Assembly (NCBI GenBank): GCA_030700065.1
Contig: JAUYKH010000041.1
Coordinates: forward strand, 4,659-68,658
DNA length: 64,000 nucleotides
Source of the DNA: a bacterium
GTDB lineage: Bacteria; Patescibacteriota; Doudnabacteria; UBA920; 2-01-FULL-46-14
Direction of reading: 5' to 3'
Both the position numbers and the translations under genes were made by a program. Below the pieces are notes generated by a model that saw nothing but the letters and a program-made list of their open reading frames with translations, did not search any database and was not told the DNA's origin. Position 1 is the stretch's first letter, and the number at the start of each line of letters is the position of its first letter. Shown here in pieces: positions 47,996 to 56,412 of this stretch.

Positions 47996-50495
47996 ATTTT
48001 TTGAACTGGTTGCCGCGGTCAGCGTAGTCTCTGAACATCCCGAAACTCGCCGAGGCCGGGGAGAGCAGACAAATTTTGCCCCGCGGGGTCACTTTGAACG
48101 CAATCGCGACCGCCTTTTTCATGGATGAGACGGCATATTTTTTTGTTTTCAACTTCGTTTTCTTGTCCAAAGCATTCCATATCTTATCGCCAGTGGCAGG
48201 AAATAGAACAAGTGACCGAAGCTGCGATGTTTTAATACGAGATGCAAGCTTCGCAAAAGACAGCCCTCGGTCAAATCCGCCGGCAATAAGTGTTGATACA
48301 TCATCACCCAAAACGTCCAGCGCGCGAATTGTCGCCACAGGGACAGTGGCCAGCGAATCATTGTAAAATTTAATTCCTCGAAATCTGCCGACGTATTCGA
48401 GCCGGTGCGGAAGGGTTTTAAATTTCCTGATAGCCTCCAAAGACAGCCGCGGGGCGATTTTGAAAAGTTTCGCTACCGCCATCGCGGCGGCCACGGCTTC
48501 GGGCGGAATGAGTTTGGGAAGATATTGAGCTTTGGACTCAATGACCCGAACTTTTTTGCTGCGGCTTTTCGAAGCAATTTGCGCCGGAATTTTATTTTTG
48601 GGATTAAAAACAACCGCATCGTCGCTGTTTTGGTGTTGGATAATCCTGCTTTTCGCCCAGGCGTATTTCGCAAAGCTCCCGTGATGGTCCAGATGTTCGG
48701 GAACAATATTCAGTATCACGGCCACGTGCGGGCTGTATCTGATATCCTCCAATTGCTGGCTTGAAAGTTCCATCACAAACAGGGTTTGATCGGTCGCACC
48801 CTCTAGATAATCAAGCGCGGGTTTGCCAATATTGCCGACCAATCTAACGTCTCGATATTTTTGCTTCAAGATCGAGTAGATGAGCGAGGACGTCGTGCTT
48901 TTGCCTTTGGTTCCGGTGATGCCGATAATTTTCCCAGGCGCGTTTGCGAAAAATAGATTCGTGGCCGTGGTCACGTCTTTGCCGCGCAGTTGCGGCAAGC
49001 CAGGCTTGATTCCAGGCGAGCGGATAATCATATCGTAGTTCGCAATGGAATCAAGGTAATTCTTGTTTATTTTTTTATCAGCAATGCCCATTGTGAGGTG
49101 CGGATAGTGTTTTTTCAAATACTTGAGGGTGCTTTGTCCCTCGCGGCCAAAACCCAGGATTAAAATCGAGGGACGCGCAACGGCTCGAAGTCTGCGTTCA
49201 TATTCCGCCGGCAGGAAATGATTTTTATTCCAGGAGCCCAGAACTTTATTATTTATATCCTTGTGTTTAACGAGTTCAAGTGCGAGCCTTATCTCTTCTC
49301 TCGTTGCCACGCACTCGAACGGCTTAATACCAGTTCCTGTCATTTGACGAATATATTTTTTTATTTGAGCGTTTCGGAGGAGATCACTGCCAAAGATTTC
49401 TATCATCTTTGATTTCGGCAAAAACGGCGCCAAAAGAAGATAAGATGACGCGCATTTGGCGCAGTGACCGCACCAGGTATTGGTTTTTTGTCCGACATTG
49501 CAACTGCGAAACGCGAGGCGATGCCTTGTAAAGTGCGAAAAAAGCTGGCTGATTTGTATTTCATAAAGCGGCCGCAAGAAACTGAAGTAATATATATTAA
49601 AATATTTATTTAAATAAGTATTAGAATATTCGCGAAACAGCTTTTCAAACGCAAAAGATTTGGAATACTGATGATTGATTTTTTTGCCTTTGTAAACGAC
49701 GTTTTCCTCATCGGCGCTTCGTTCATTGGAAGCAATAACGTTTTTGTAGCCGTGAATCGCGGCGGCCAGAGCTCCCAAGAAAGCCAGGTACGCGGAAAAA
49801 GGCGTATGGCCGTTGAGGTAGCCGGACTTATTGAGTTTGAGCAACTTGGAATCAATTGTCCTTTTAACATTGATAATGTTTTTATACCCGGCAATGCGAG
49901 CGTTTTCAATGGCGGGCTTCACGTTCCCCAAGACCATCACAGCTTGGCGTTTGTTGAGACCTTTTAGAATTTCTAATGTTACAGCCGAATCTTTTCCTCC
50001 GCCGGCCAAGATAAGATCGCCTTCGGCGATCTTAGAATGTAGAATATGGAATGTAGAATGTTGGGAAGAAACAATGCGGACGAAATCGGGTGTAGTGAAG
50101 TCTATTTTATTCTGATAGAAAAATTCACCCAGGCCGTTTAATAGGAGGTTTTTCCACCAGGTGATCTGCGCGTTGTTTAATTTTCCAGCCTTGATAACAA
50201 TCTCCCTCGGACACGCCGCTTTCCAGTAACTGATTAGTTCAATTAACCCAAGATTAAATACCAAGTTTCTAATTGAACTTGTCATCCCCGACCCGGTCGG
50301 GGATCCACTTGTCGGTATTACAATTTCCGGCCGAAAAACAATATCCGGTTCAAGCACAAACCGGAATTTAATATGTAGGTTGCGACCCAGTTGGCGGATA
50401 TCGAAAGATTCGTAAACCAACCGCGGATGTTTCTTGCGAAGCTCGGAGAGCGTCATAATAATTATGATTTTACCATAAAAATTGTTATTCCGCAC
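47967..50495 (-). CDS. murD: Fusion ORF: N-terminal PP-loop (SGGKDS-type) ATP-pyrophosphatase-like domain + C-terminal UDP-N-acetylmuramoylalanine--D-glutamate ligase MurD
   Basis: 842-aa continuous ORF with a GTG start. N-terminal LAGGGKDSAV PP-loop plus CGHCAKC cysteines. The C-terminal half carries ILGFGREGQS, GITGTKGKSTT and the MurD-type ending ASFGMFRDYADRGNQF. No plausible internal start separates the two halves. Confidence 0.65.
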   Translation of the reverse strand: MRNNNFYGKIIIIMTLSELRKKHPRLVYESFDIRQLGRNLHIKFRFVLEPDIVFRPEIVIPTSGSPTGSGMTSSIRNLVFNLGLIELISYWKAACPREIVIKAGKLNNAQITWWKNLLLNGLGEFFYQNKIDFTTPDFVRIVSSQHSTFHILHSKIAEGDLILAGGGKDSAVTLEILKGLNKRQAVMVLGNVKPAIENARIAGYKNIINVKRTIDSKLLKLNKSGYLNGHTPFSAYLAFLGALAAAIHGYKNVIASNERSADEENVVYKGKKINHQYSKSFAFEKLFREYSNTYLNKYFNIYYFSFLRPLYEIQISQLFSHFTRHRLAFRSCNVGQKTNTWCGHCAKCASSYLLLAPFLPKSKMIEIFGSDLLRNAQIKKYIRQMTGTGIKPFECVATREEIRLALELVKHKDINNKVLGSWNKNHFLPAEYERRLRAVARPSILILGFGREGQSTLKYLKKHYPHLTMGIADKKINKNYLDSIANYDMIIRSPGIKPGLPQLRGKDVTTATNLFFANAPGKIIGITGTKGKSTTSSLIYSILKQKYRDVRLVGNIGKPALDYLEGATDQTLFVMELSSQQLEDIRYSPHVAVILNIVPEHLDHHGSFAKYAWAKSRIIQHQNSDDAVVFNPKNKIPAQIASKSRSKKVRVIESKAQYLPKLIPPEAVAAAMAVAKLFKIAPRLSLEAIRKFKTLPHRLEYVGRFRGIKFYNDSLATVPVATIRALDVLGDDVSTLIAGGFDRGLSFAKLASRIKTSQLRSLVLFPATGDKIWNALDKKTKLKTKKYAVSSMKKAVAIAFKVTPRGKICLLSPASASFGMFRDYADRGNQFKKFIRAMSRAE

Positions 50496-50547
50496 TTGGG
50501 CGAATGATTTGTTTTTGTTATAATGCCTAAAGGGATTGGTGCTTTTG

Positions 50548-50619
50548 GCCCTCGTGGTGAAATGGATATCACAACAGGCTTCGGACCTGTGGGTGGGGGT
50601 TCGATTCCCTCCGAGGGCA
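50548..50619 (+). tRNA. tRNA-Arg (anticodon TCG)
   Basis: Manual cloverleaf: acceptor GCCCTCG/CGAGGGC, D-stem GTGA/TCAC, anticodon stem ACAGG/CCTGT with loop CTTCGGA, T-loop TTCGATT, discriminator A. No CCA encoded. Confidence 0.7.
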
Positions 50620-50627
50620 TTGATAAT

Positions 50628-50837
50628 ATGTTAGAGGAAAAAGACAAAATTTACGGGGCGGAGGACTTGGCGAAGTTTTTCGGCGTTACCCAAAAAACCA
50701 TTTGGGAATGGTGCAAAAAAGGCAAATTGCCCGCGTTTAAGATCGGCAAGGAATGGAAGGTCAGGGTGAGCGATCTGAATAAGACGATCACCGGGAAAAT
50801 AAGTGCGCATAAAGAAAAAGGGACCCCGTTGTTTTAA
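50628..50837 (+). CDS. Excisionase-family helix-turn-helix DNA-binding protein
   Basis: LAKFFGVTQKTIWEWCKKGKLPAFKIGKEWKV is the excisionase/MerR-like HTH pattern. The gene starts immediately after tRNA-Arg. Confidence 0.45.
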   Translation: MLEEKDKIYGAEDLAKFFGVTQKTIWEWCKKGKLPAFKIGKEWKVRVSDLNKTITGKISAHKEKGTPLF

Positions 50838-50921
50838 TGTTCAATTCTCAATTTACAATTTTCAATGAATTTTCAATGTTACAATTATTTAATGTTTGAA
50901 AATTGGTAATTGGAAATTATT

Positions 50922-51962
50922 ATGTCTGTTTACTTCTTCTATGGGCAAGACACGTTCAGTCTTCTCGAGGAGCTCAAGGAATTCAAAGACAAATGGCGTG
51001 TTGATCACCCCAATGCCGGCATGGAAGAACTGCGCGTGGAAAGCAATTCGTCTGATCAGGAATTGCGCATGCGGCTTCGGGAACATCTGGAAAACCAGGG
51101 GCTTTTCGCGAACGAAAAGCTGATTATTATCCATGATTGCATAGATCGCCTAAGCAAACTTTCATCTACCGAAAGGTATATTTTGGACGTGTTGAACAAT
51201 CCGCCTCGTTCTACGGCGCTCATTTTTGTCGAAACCGAGGGGGTCGACAAGAGGCGAACCGCATTCAAGAAACTGAAAAAGGCGGCAACCGTCAGGGAGT
51301 TTGCGCCTCTGGCAAGGGCGAATTTGGAAACCTGGATAAAAAACAGACTGGAAAAACAGCGCGTGAAAATGGAAAAGTCGGCCATCGCCAAATTTTTGGA
51401 TTTGCTTCAGACCGATGATGAAGAAGAAATTTATAATCTTTGGCAGATCGTTTCAGAGCTTGAAAAGCTGATACTGTATTCGGGCGGGAAAAATATTGCC
51501 GAAGGTGACGTGACAAAATTGGTCGCTCCGAATATTTCCCAAAATGTTTTCGCGCTTACCAATCTCTTCGCGGAAGGGGATTCCGCTCAAGCGATCGCGC
51601 TTTTGGATGATCTGGTGGGGCGCGGCCAAATCGCCGAAGAGCGCAACCAATCCATTGCCATTGTCGGGGCGCTGGCTTCGCAAATTCGTTCCCTGCTTCT
51701 GGTGAAGGACCTGGAAGATCAGGGCCCTGCGGAAATTGCAAAAATATTGGACTGGAAAGAGGGGAGGGTGTGGATCAATCTCAAGCTGGCGAAAAAATTT
51801 ACGAAGGCCATCCTGGTTAAATCCCTTGAGGATTTGCGCGCGATTGATTTCCGGCTTAAAACGTCCGAGGAGCCCCCGAAACTTTTATTAAGTCTGTTTA
51901 TTCAAAAAGTGAGTTCGACGACCCGAGCGGATAAGGCATTCTTGCCGGCCTTAAAAATTTGA
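50922..51962 (+). CDS. holA: DNA polymerase III delta subunit (HolA-like)
   Basis: MSVYFFYGQDTFSLLEELKEF.. N-terminus and overall helical-domain pattern of holA. ATG 50922 is preferred over the upstream TTG. Confidence 0.55.
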   Translation: MSVYFFYGQDTFSLLEELKEFKDKWRVDHPNAGMEELRVESNSSDQELRMRLREHLENQGLFANEKLIIIHDCIDRLSKLSSTERYILDVLNNPPRSTALIFVETEGVDKRRTAFKKLKKAATVREFAPLARANLETWIKNRLEKQRVKMEKSAIAKFLDLLQTDDEEEIYNLWQIVSELEKLILYSGGKNIAEGDVTKLVAPNISQNVFALTNLFAEGDSAQAIALLDDLVGRGQIAEERNQSIAIVGALASQIRSLLLVKDLEDQGPAEIAKILDWKEGRVWINLKLAKKFTKAILVKSLEDLRAIDFRLKTSEEPPKLLLSLFIQKVSSTTRADKAFLPALKI

Positions 51963-51996
51963 GGTATATTTAAGGCAAGATATTTAATTTATTACC

Positions 51997-52500
51997 ATGA
52001 AAAATATATTGATTGCGGCGGGAATAATTTTGGCAGTCGGGCTGGGCGTTTGGTATTACGGCAACCGCGCGGAGGATACGGTTCCCAATGAAGACATGCA
52101 GGCAGATAACACGGATAATACCGATCAAACGAATGAAGACGCGGATAGTCCCGCGAACATTCCGCCAGCTGCAGATAACGGGCAGTCAAATAATCCACCC
52201 CCGCAGGAGGATGAAAAACCGGCCTTCGCGGCCGCCATTACCAATACGGAAGATGGATTTTCCCCCTCCTCTGTGACAATCAAAGTCGGCGATACGGTGA
52301 AATGGATAAATCAAGCCGGCGGAAATATGTGGGTTGCCTCTGCGCCCCACCCGGTACACACTGATTATCCGGAGTTCGATCAAAAAAGAGGCGTAGGCAC
52401 GGGCGGAGAATACACCTTTACCTTTACCAAAGCGGGCAACTGGAAATACCACGACCATTTGAATCCCCAGCATTTTGGGGTGGTAAACGTGACTCAATAA
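51997..52500 (+). CDS. Membrane-anchored cupredoxin-like domain protein lacking the Cys copper ligand
   Basis: N-terminal TM, D/N/Q/P-rich linker, and C-terminal VTIKVGDTVKWINQ..YHDHLNPQHFGVVNV plastocyanin-like pattern with no Cys. Confidence 0.35.
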   Translation: MKNILIAAGIILAVGLGVWYYGNRAEDTVPNEDMQADNTDNTDQTNEDADSPANIPPAADNGQSNNPPPQEDEKPAFAAAITNTEDGFSPSSVTIKVGDTVKWINQAGGNMWVASAPHPVHTDYPEFDQKRGVGTGGEYTFTFTKAGNWKYHDHLNPQHFGVVNVTQ

Positions 52501-52516
52501 GTGAATGCTCGTGATT

Positions 52517-53494
52517 TTAGTTCCGCGTGATGATAAAGATCAAATATGCCAGATAGCCGGCGGTGAGCAGAAATCCTTCTGATCGCCGGATGATTTTCCC
52601 CGTGAGGCTGACGAAAAACAGCATGAGGGAAAAAGCGATCATCACCCAGGCGTCGGCAAACCATTCGGTTTTGAACGGGACTGGGCTGATGACGGCATTG
52701 ATGCCGAGAATAAAAAAAGTATTGAAGATGTTACTGCCGACGATATTGCCGACTGCGATGTCGGCTTCTTTTTTGAAGGCGGCGGCAATGGATGTCGCCA
52801 GCTCGGGAAGCGATGTGCCAACTCCGACAATAGTGAGTCCAATCAAGATTTCCGATACGCCCAGAGAGCGGGCAAGCGCGGCGGCTTGGCCCACCACCAT
52901 CTGTCCTCCAACGACCACTCCAACCAGTCCGCCGAGTATGAAAAGAATCGCCCGCGTCCAGGTTTTGCCGCTTTGTTTGTACTCCCGGGCAAATTCTTCT
53001 TCCAGCACGACTTCCCGTTGAGCAAACACAGTTTTTGTAAGGTAATATAGGAAGATGGCAAAGAACAGAAGGAGGGTCAACCCATCGGCGCGGGACAGCT
53101 CGCTGGTCGTTTGCCCGGTCAATGCCTGGTCGGCTATTAGGATTAGAAAAGCGACCGCCGAGAGCGTCATAAACGGGATCTCACGGCTGATCAACACTTT
53201 TTTTATCACAAGCGGCGTAAGCAGGGCCGAAATTCCGACAATGAGCCCAATGTTCGCGATATTACTACCGATGATGTTTCCAAGTCCGAGATCAGATGTC
53301 CCAGGGTGGAGTGCGGAAATGACGTTTACTGCCAGTTCCGGCGAAGAGGTGCCAAAAGCGACAATGGTGAGTCCGATGATGAGCGGTGAAATCCGCAGCT
53401 TTTCGGCAGTGACGACCGCGCCGTCAACCAGAATACCGGCGCCTTTTATCAGAATCGCAAAGCCAAGGATTAGCAGAAGCAGTGTTGTGATCAT
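52517..53494 (-). CDS. CaCA-family cation/Ca2+ antiporter (YrbG-like)
   Basis: Two alpha-repeats with GNIIGSNIANIGLIVG / GNIVGSNIFNTFFILG. Confidence 0.7.
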   Translation of the reverse strand: MITTLLLLILGFAILIKGAGILVDGAVVTAEKLRISPLIIGLTIVAFGTSSPELAVNVISALHPGTSDLGLGNIIGSNIANIGLIVGISALLTPLVIKKVLISREIPFMTLSAVAFLILIADQALTGQTTSELSRADGLTLLLFFAIFLYYLTKTVFAQREVVLEEEFAREYKQSGKTWTRAILFILGGLVGVVVGGQMVVGQAAALARSLGVSEILIGLTIVGVGTSLPELATSIAAAFKKEADIAVGNIVGSNIFNTFFILGINAVISPVPFKTEWFADAWVMIAFSLMLFFVSLTGKIIRRSEGFLLTAGYLAYLIFIITRN

Positions 53495-53498
53495 AGGC

Positions 53499-54353
53499 TT
53501 ATCGCGGCGCTTTGTGCCAGACCCGTTGCGGGAAGGGAATCTCTATGCCTTCACGATCAAAGGCAATTTTGAGTCTTTTGCGCAGTTCGCCCGAGACGTC
53601 CCACTGGCGAATCGGTTTTGTCTCTCCCAAAATTTTGATAATTATGGCTGATTCGCCAAAATCGTCCACTCGCAGAAACTGCGGGGGTTTGACAATGTCT
53701 TTTTTCCATGCCGGATCTTTTGCCAGATCGTTGCCGACGCGGTTTACCACGGCGATGACTTTCTCGAGATTAGAGGAGTAGGCAACACCGACATTCATAT
53801 TGACGCGCGCGTAGTATTTGGACAGGTTGGAAACTTTTTTAATTTCGCCGTGCGGCACGTGGTGCACTGTGCCGTCCAAGTCTCGCAGAGTTGTCATGCG
53901 CAAACTAATGTCTTCCACGAGCCCGCAGGTTCCGTCAAAACACACCACGTCACCCACGCGGTATTGGTTTTCCATGATTATGAATACACCCGAGATAAGG
54001 TCGCGGATAAGATATTGTCCGCCAAAACCGAAAGCCAGGCCTGCGATGCCCGCTGCCGCCAGCAGAGGACCGATCTCCACTCCGACTTCGGATAATATCG
54101 TCAGGCCGGCGACTATCCACAGAAGGACCAGAAGCGTGCCGTTGGCAATGCGGATTAGCGTGTCTTCTCTTTGTTTTTCCGACTCTTTGGAAATAAAGTG
54201 GTCGGTCGTTACAGCCTTTCTTATGAATGTTTCTATAAACCGGCCGCCAAATTTTTTGATAACCAAAGCGAGGATAAGGACTCCCAAAATTGGCAGGCCG
54301 TGGAATACAAGCCACCCAGATAAGGAAGAATAGATGGTTGAAACGGTTTCCAT
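53499..54353 (-). CDS. Small-conductance mechanosensitive channel (MscS family)
   Basis: TM3-like segment plus FIIMENQYRVGDVVCFDGTCGLVEDISLRMTTLRDLDGTVHHVPHGEIK beta-domain pattern. Confidence 0.7.
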   Translation of the reverse strand: METVSTIYSSLSGWLVFHGLPILGVLILALVIKKFGGRFIETFIRKAVTTDHFISKESEKQREDTLIRIANGTLLVLLWIVAGLTILSEVGVEIGPLLAAAGIAGLAFGFGGQYLIRDLISGVFIIMENQYRVGDVVCFDGTCGLVEDISLRMTTLRDLDGTVHHVPHGEIKKVSNLSKYYARVNMNVGVAYSSNLEKVIAVVNRVGNDLAKDPAWKKDIVKPPQFLRVDDFGESAIIIKILGETKPIRQWDVSGELRKRLKIAFDREGIEIPFPQRVWHKAPR

Positions 54354-54400
54354 AGTTTTTGCGTTTTAATTCTCTTGTTTCAGATTAGCACGTATATATT

Positions 54401-54429
54401 TTGACGCAAGGCGCATAAACGTGTATAAT
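54401..54429 (+). promoter_or_regulatory. Near-consensus sigma70 promoter TTGACG-N17-TATAAT
   Basis: TTGACG 54401-54406, 17-nt spacer, TATAAT 54424-54429, upstream of the small membrane-protein gene. Confidence 0.45.
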
Positions 54430-54514
54430 TATATATGTATGGCACAGCATACATTTACCAGTACCAGCTCTTCACAACCTTCTGTGCAAGGGCTTTATTA
54501 TTTAAGTAGCAAAT

Positions 54515-54829
54515 ATGGACAATTCCAAATTGGTTTCCCGGTCTCTGCTTCACGCATTAGGCGTATTGGTTTACGTTTCAGCTGTGGCCTGGATAATGAC
54601 GAACGGCGACCGGCTCTTTGGCCGCGTGGAGGATACAATTTTTGGCCCAATGGTGTTTCTGCTTCTCTTTGTAATATCGGCTACCGTCGTCGGTTCACTC
54701 GTCTTAGCAAAACCAACAATGCTATATCTTGCCGGCCAAAAAGAAGAAGCAATCAAATTTTTCACGTATACTGTTGGGTGGTTGGTAGGAATAACAGTTT
54801 TGCTTATTGCGCTTTTGGCCACCCGTTGA
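54515..54829 (+). CDS. Small 3-TM membrane protein, unknown function
   Basis: ATG start 86 nt downstream of the promoter, with three hydrophobic segments. Preferred over the overlapping out-of-frame 54421-54858 ORF. Confidence 0.4.
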   Translation: MDNSKLVSRSLLHALGVLVYVSAVAWIMTNGDRLFGRVEDTIFGPMVFLLLFVISATVVGSLVLAKPTMLYLAGQKEEAIKFFTYTVGWLVGITVLLIALLATR

Positions 54830-55121
54830 CTTTTTGTACGAAATTTGCTATTAATTAATTGGATTATGATCCCGTCTGACACAGCAGACGAACGCTCTTA
54901 CGCAAAGCTGTGTAAGAGATTTTTGTTAGAGTGCTCGCAAACGTTTCGCTATTGATGGTCTTCTTACAAATTTTTATTTGAGCTGATTGGGCTTCTGCTT
55001 GAGTTCCCCAAAAGGGTCCCAAAAAATCGCGCAGCGGTTTTTGGGGAAGAGGGGGATTCGAGCGGAAGTTGCAGAGAACTCGCTTGCGAGTTTGCGTAAA
55101 CCGCAGCTCCGAATCATCCGA

Positions 55122-55196
55122 GGTGCCTGTAGTTCAATGGCCTGCCCGCCATCGCAAGCATGAGCTTGCTCAGGCGTTGCGGGCGGGTAGAACGCC
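55122..55196 (+). pseudogene. 5' fragment of tRNA-His (G-1, acceptor, D-arm; 28 nt) interrupted in the D-loop by a 47-nt GC-rich hairpin insert
   Basis: GGTGCCTGTAGTTCAATGG (55122-55140) + insert 55141-55187 (CCTGCCCGCCATCGCAAGCATGAGCTTGCTCAGGCGTTGCGGGCGGG) + TAGAACGCC (55188-55196). Identical to positions -1..28 of the intact tRNA-His 250 nt downstream. Confidence 0.45.
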
Positions 55197-55203
55197 TAAA
55201 ATC

Positions 55204-55440
55204 ATGTATTATACTTACGTTTTGGTAAGTAAAAAAGACGAGAAACAATATATTGGTTGGACCGATGATTTAAGACACCGAGTTGATCAGCACAATAAAG
55301 GATTGGTGAATGCGACCAAGAATAGAAGGCCTTTAACCCTGGAATATTATGAGGCCTGCAGGAGTAAAAGCAAAGCCATTGCTCGAGAAAAGTATTTCAA
55401 AACAGGGTTTGGCAGACGTTATTTGAAAAATCGGTTTTAA
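55204..55440 (+). CDS. GIY-YIG nuclease-family protein (UPF0213/YhbQ-like, 78 aa)
   Basis: MYYTYVLVSKKDEKQYIGWTDDLRHRVDQHNKG..EYYE..AIAREKYFK has GIY-YIG motifs. The in-frame N-terminal extension of the ORF track overlaps the tRNA fragment and is rejected. Confidence 0.65.
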   Translation: MYYTYVLVSKKDEKQYIGWTDDLRHRVDQHNKGLVNATKNRRPLTLEYYEACRSKSKAIAREKYFKTGFGRRYLKNRF

Positions 55441-55443
55441 TAT

Positions 55444-55518
55444 GGTGCCTGTAGTTCAATGGTAGAACGCCGCTCTGTGGCAGCGGTCACGAGGGTCCGA
55501 TTCCCTTCAGGCACCCCA
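55444..55518 (+). tRNA. tRNA-His (anticodon GTG) with genomically encoded G-1 and 3' CCA
   Basis: 8-bp acceptor G(-1)GTGCCTG/CAGGCACC, D-stem GTTC/GAAC, anticodon stem CCGCT/AGCGG with loop CTGTGGC, T-arm GAGGG-TCCGATT-CCCTT, then CCA. Confidence 0.75.
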
Positions 55519-55580
55519 CCAAGAAGGCATACCCAGTATTGACCGAAGTGCCTAAATAGATAGATTAGTTTAGCCAGACA

Positions 55581-55607
55581 AAAAATCGCCGAAAGGGCGG
55601 TTTTTTG
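55581..55607 (+). terminator. Rho-independent terminator (A-tract/hairpin/T-tract), simple member of a repeat family
   Basis: AAAAAATCGCC-GAAAG-GGCGGTTTTTTG. Confidence 0.5.
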
Positions 55608-55620
55608 TTATGGTGTAGAT

Positions 55621-56013
55621 ATGGAGAGTTACCAGAACGAACAGCAGAAACTATACCTTGAAGAACTGAAAGAGGTTTCTAAAAGGCGTAGTTTGAGAAA
55701 TGTTACTTTGCTTTCTGCTATGATAGAAGCACATATTTTTTCTTTGGCAAAAACATTTTTAGAGAAAAAAGGCGTTATTTATAGCCCATCAGAATTCGAC
55801 GAATATAGGATGTCAATAAACATTTTAAAATCTAATAATTTATTATCTCCAGACGAGTTAAGAGATGTTAATGAATTTCGTAGGTACAGAAAAGAGATTT
55901 TTCATAACCTATTTAAAGGAAAGCTAACCCGGGCTGGTTTGAACGACAACATTAATAAAGCTTGGACGATTGGTAAGAAGGTTGTTAAAAAATTGTCTCT
56001 TAAACAATTGTAA
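55621..56013 (+). CDS. Hypothetical alpha-helical protein with HEPN-like Rx4H motif
   Basis: 130 aa with ..EFRRYRKEIFHN.. (R-x4-H) near the C-terminus. Weak call. Confidence 0.35.
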   Translation: MESYQNEQQKLYLEELKEVSKRRSLRNVTLLSAMIEAHIFSLAKTFLEKKGVIYSPSEFDEYRMSINILKSNNLLSPDELRDVNEFRRYRKEIFHNLFKGKLTRAGLNDNINKAWTIGKKVVKKLSLKQL

Positions 56014-56056
56014 GAGTTTTATTTTTTGTTATGATAAACCCCGACCGGGGATATCA

Positions 56057-56410
56057 ATGATTTATTTAATAATAATTGGAATAATCGTTGTTTGGTCCAT
56101 AATTGCGTGGGCTGTTAGCAAATATAGGCAAGGAATACGCGACCGCGCCGCCCATGCCGTTTTAGATGACTTCAATTTTGAAGCCGAGAAACAAGAAATT
56201 CTCAATTTGGTTCCCGGCATCCTTCCCGCACCTCTACTTAATAAAGTGACTCATCAAAAGGAATTAGAAATTTACGCGCTTCGGAAAGAATACGAAAAGC
56301 AGTTTTGTCCTCGCGATCACGGCATTATGGTCCGTCGAGTTGGACACTATGGAACATTTTGGGGATGTGGTAATTATCCGAGATGCACATATACTAAGAA
56401 TAAATTGTAG
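56057..56410 (+). CDS. Membrane-anchored protein with C-terminal topoisomerase-type C4 zinc-ribbon
   Basis: MIYLIIIGIIVVWSIIAWAV TM helix. C-terminal CPRDHGIMVRRVGHYGTFWGCGNYPRCTYT matches the zf-C4_Topoisom pattern. Confidence 0.5.
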   Translation: MIYLIIIGIIVVWSIIAWAVSKYRQGIRDRAAHAVLDDFNFEAEKQEILNLVPGILPAPLLNKVTHQKELEIYALRKEYEKQFCPRDHGIMVRRVGHYGTFWGCGNYPRCTYTKNKL

Positions 56411-56412
56411 AC

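Noticed and set aside
50523-50627. N-terminal 35 codons of ORF 50523-50837
   Set aside because: They overlap the tRNA-Arg gene on the same strand. The HTH protein is taken to start at ATG 50628.
54421-54858. 145-aa ORF overlapping the small membrane-protein gene
   Set aside because: It starts inside the TATAAT box of the promoter and has a Cys/Arg/Ser-rich low-complexity translation. The 54515-54829 frame gives a clean 3-TM protein and is preferred.
54830-55121. Checked the ORF-free structured region for RNase P RNA, tmRNA, SRP RNA or 6S signatures
   Set aside because: No GGAAAGTCCGG (P4), no tRNA-like 3' domain ending in CCA, and no SRP domain-IV GGAAGCAGCC-like motif were seen. It is left as an unexplained structured leader and folded into the tRNA-His finding.
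55069-55203. N-terminal extension of the GIY-YIG ORF
   Set aside because: It runs through the tRNA-His fragment and its hairpin insert. The GIY-YIG family pattern begins at MYYTYVL (55204).
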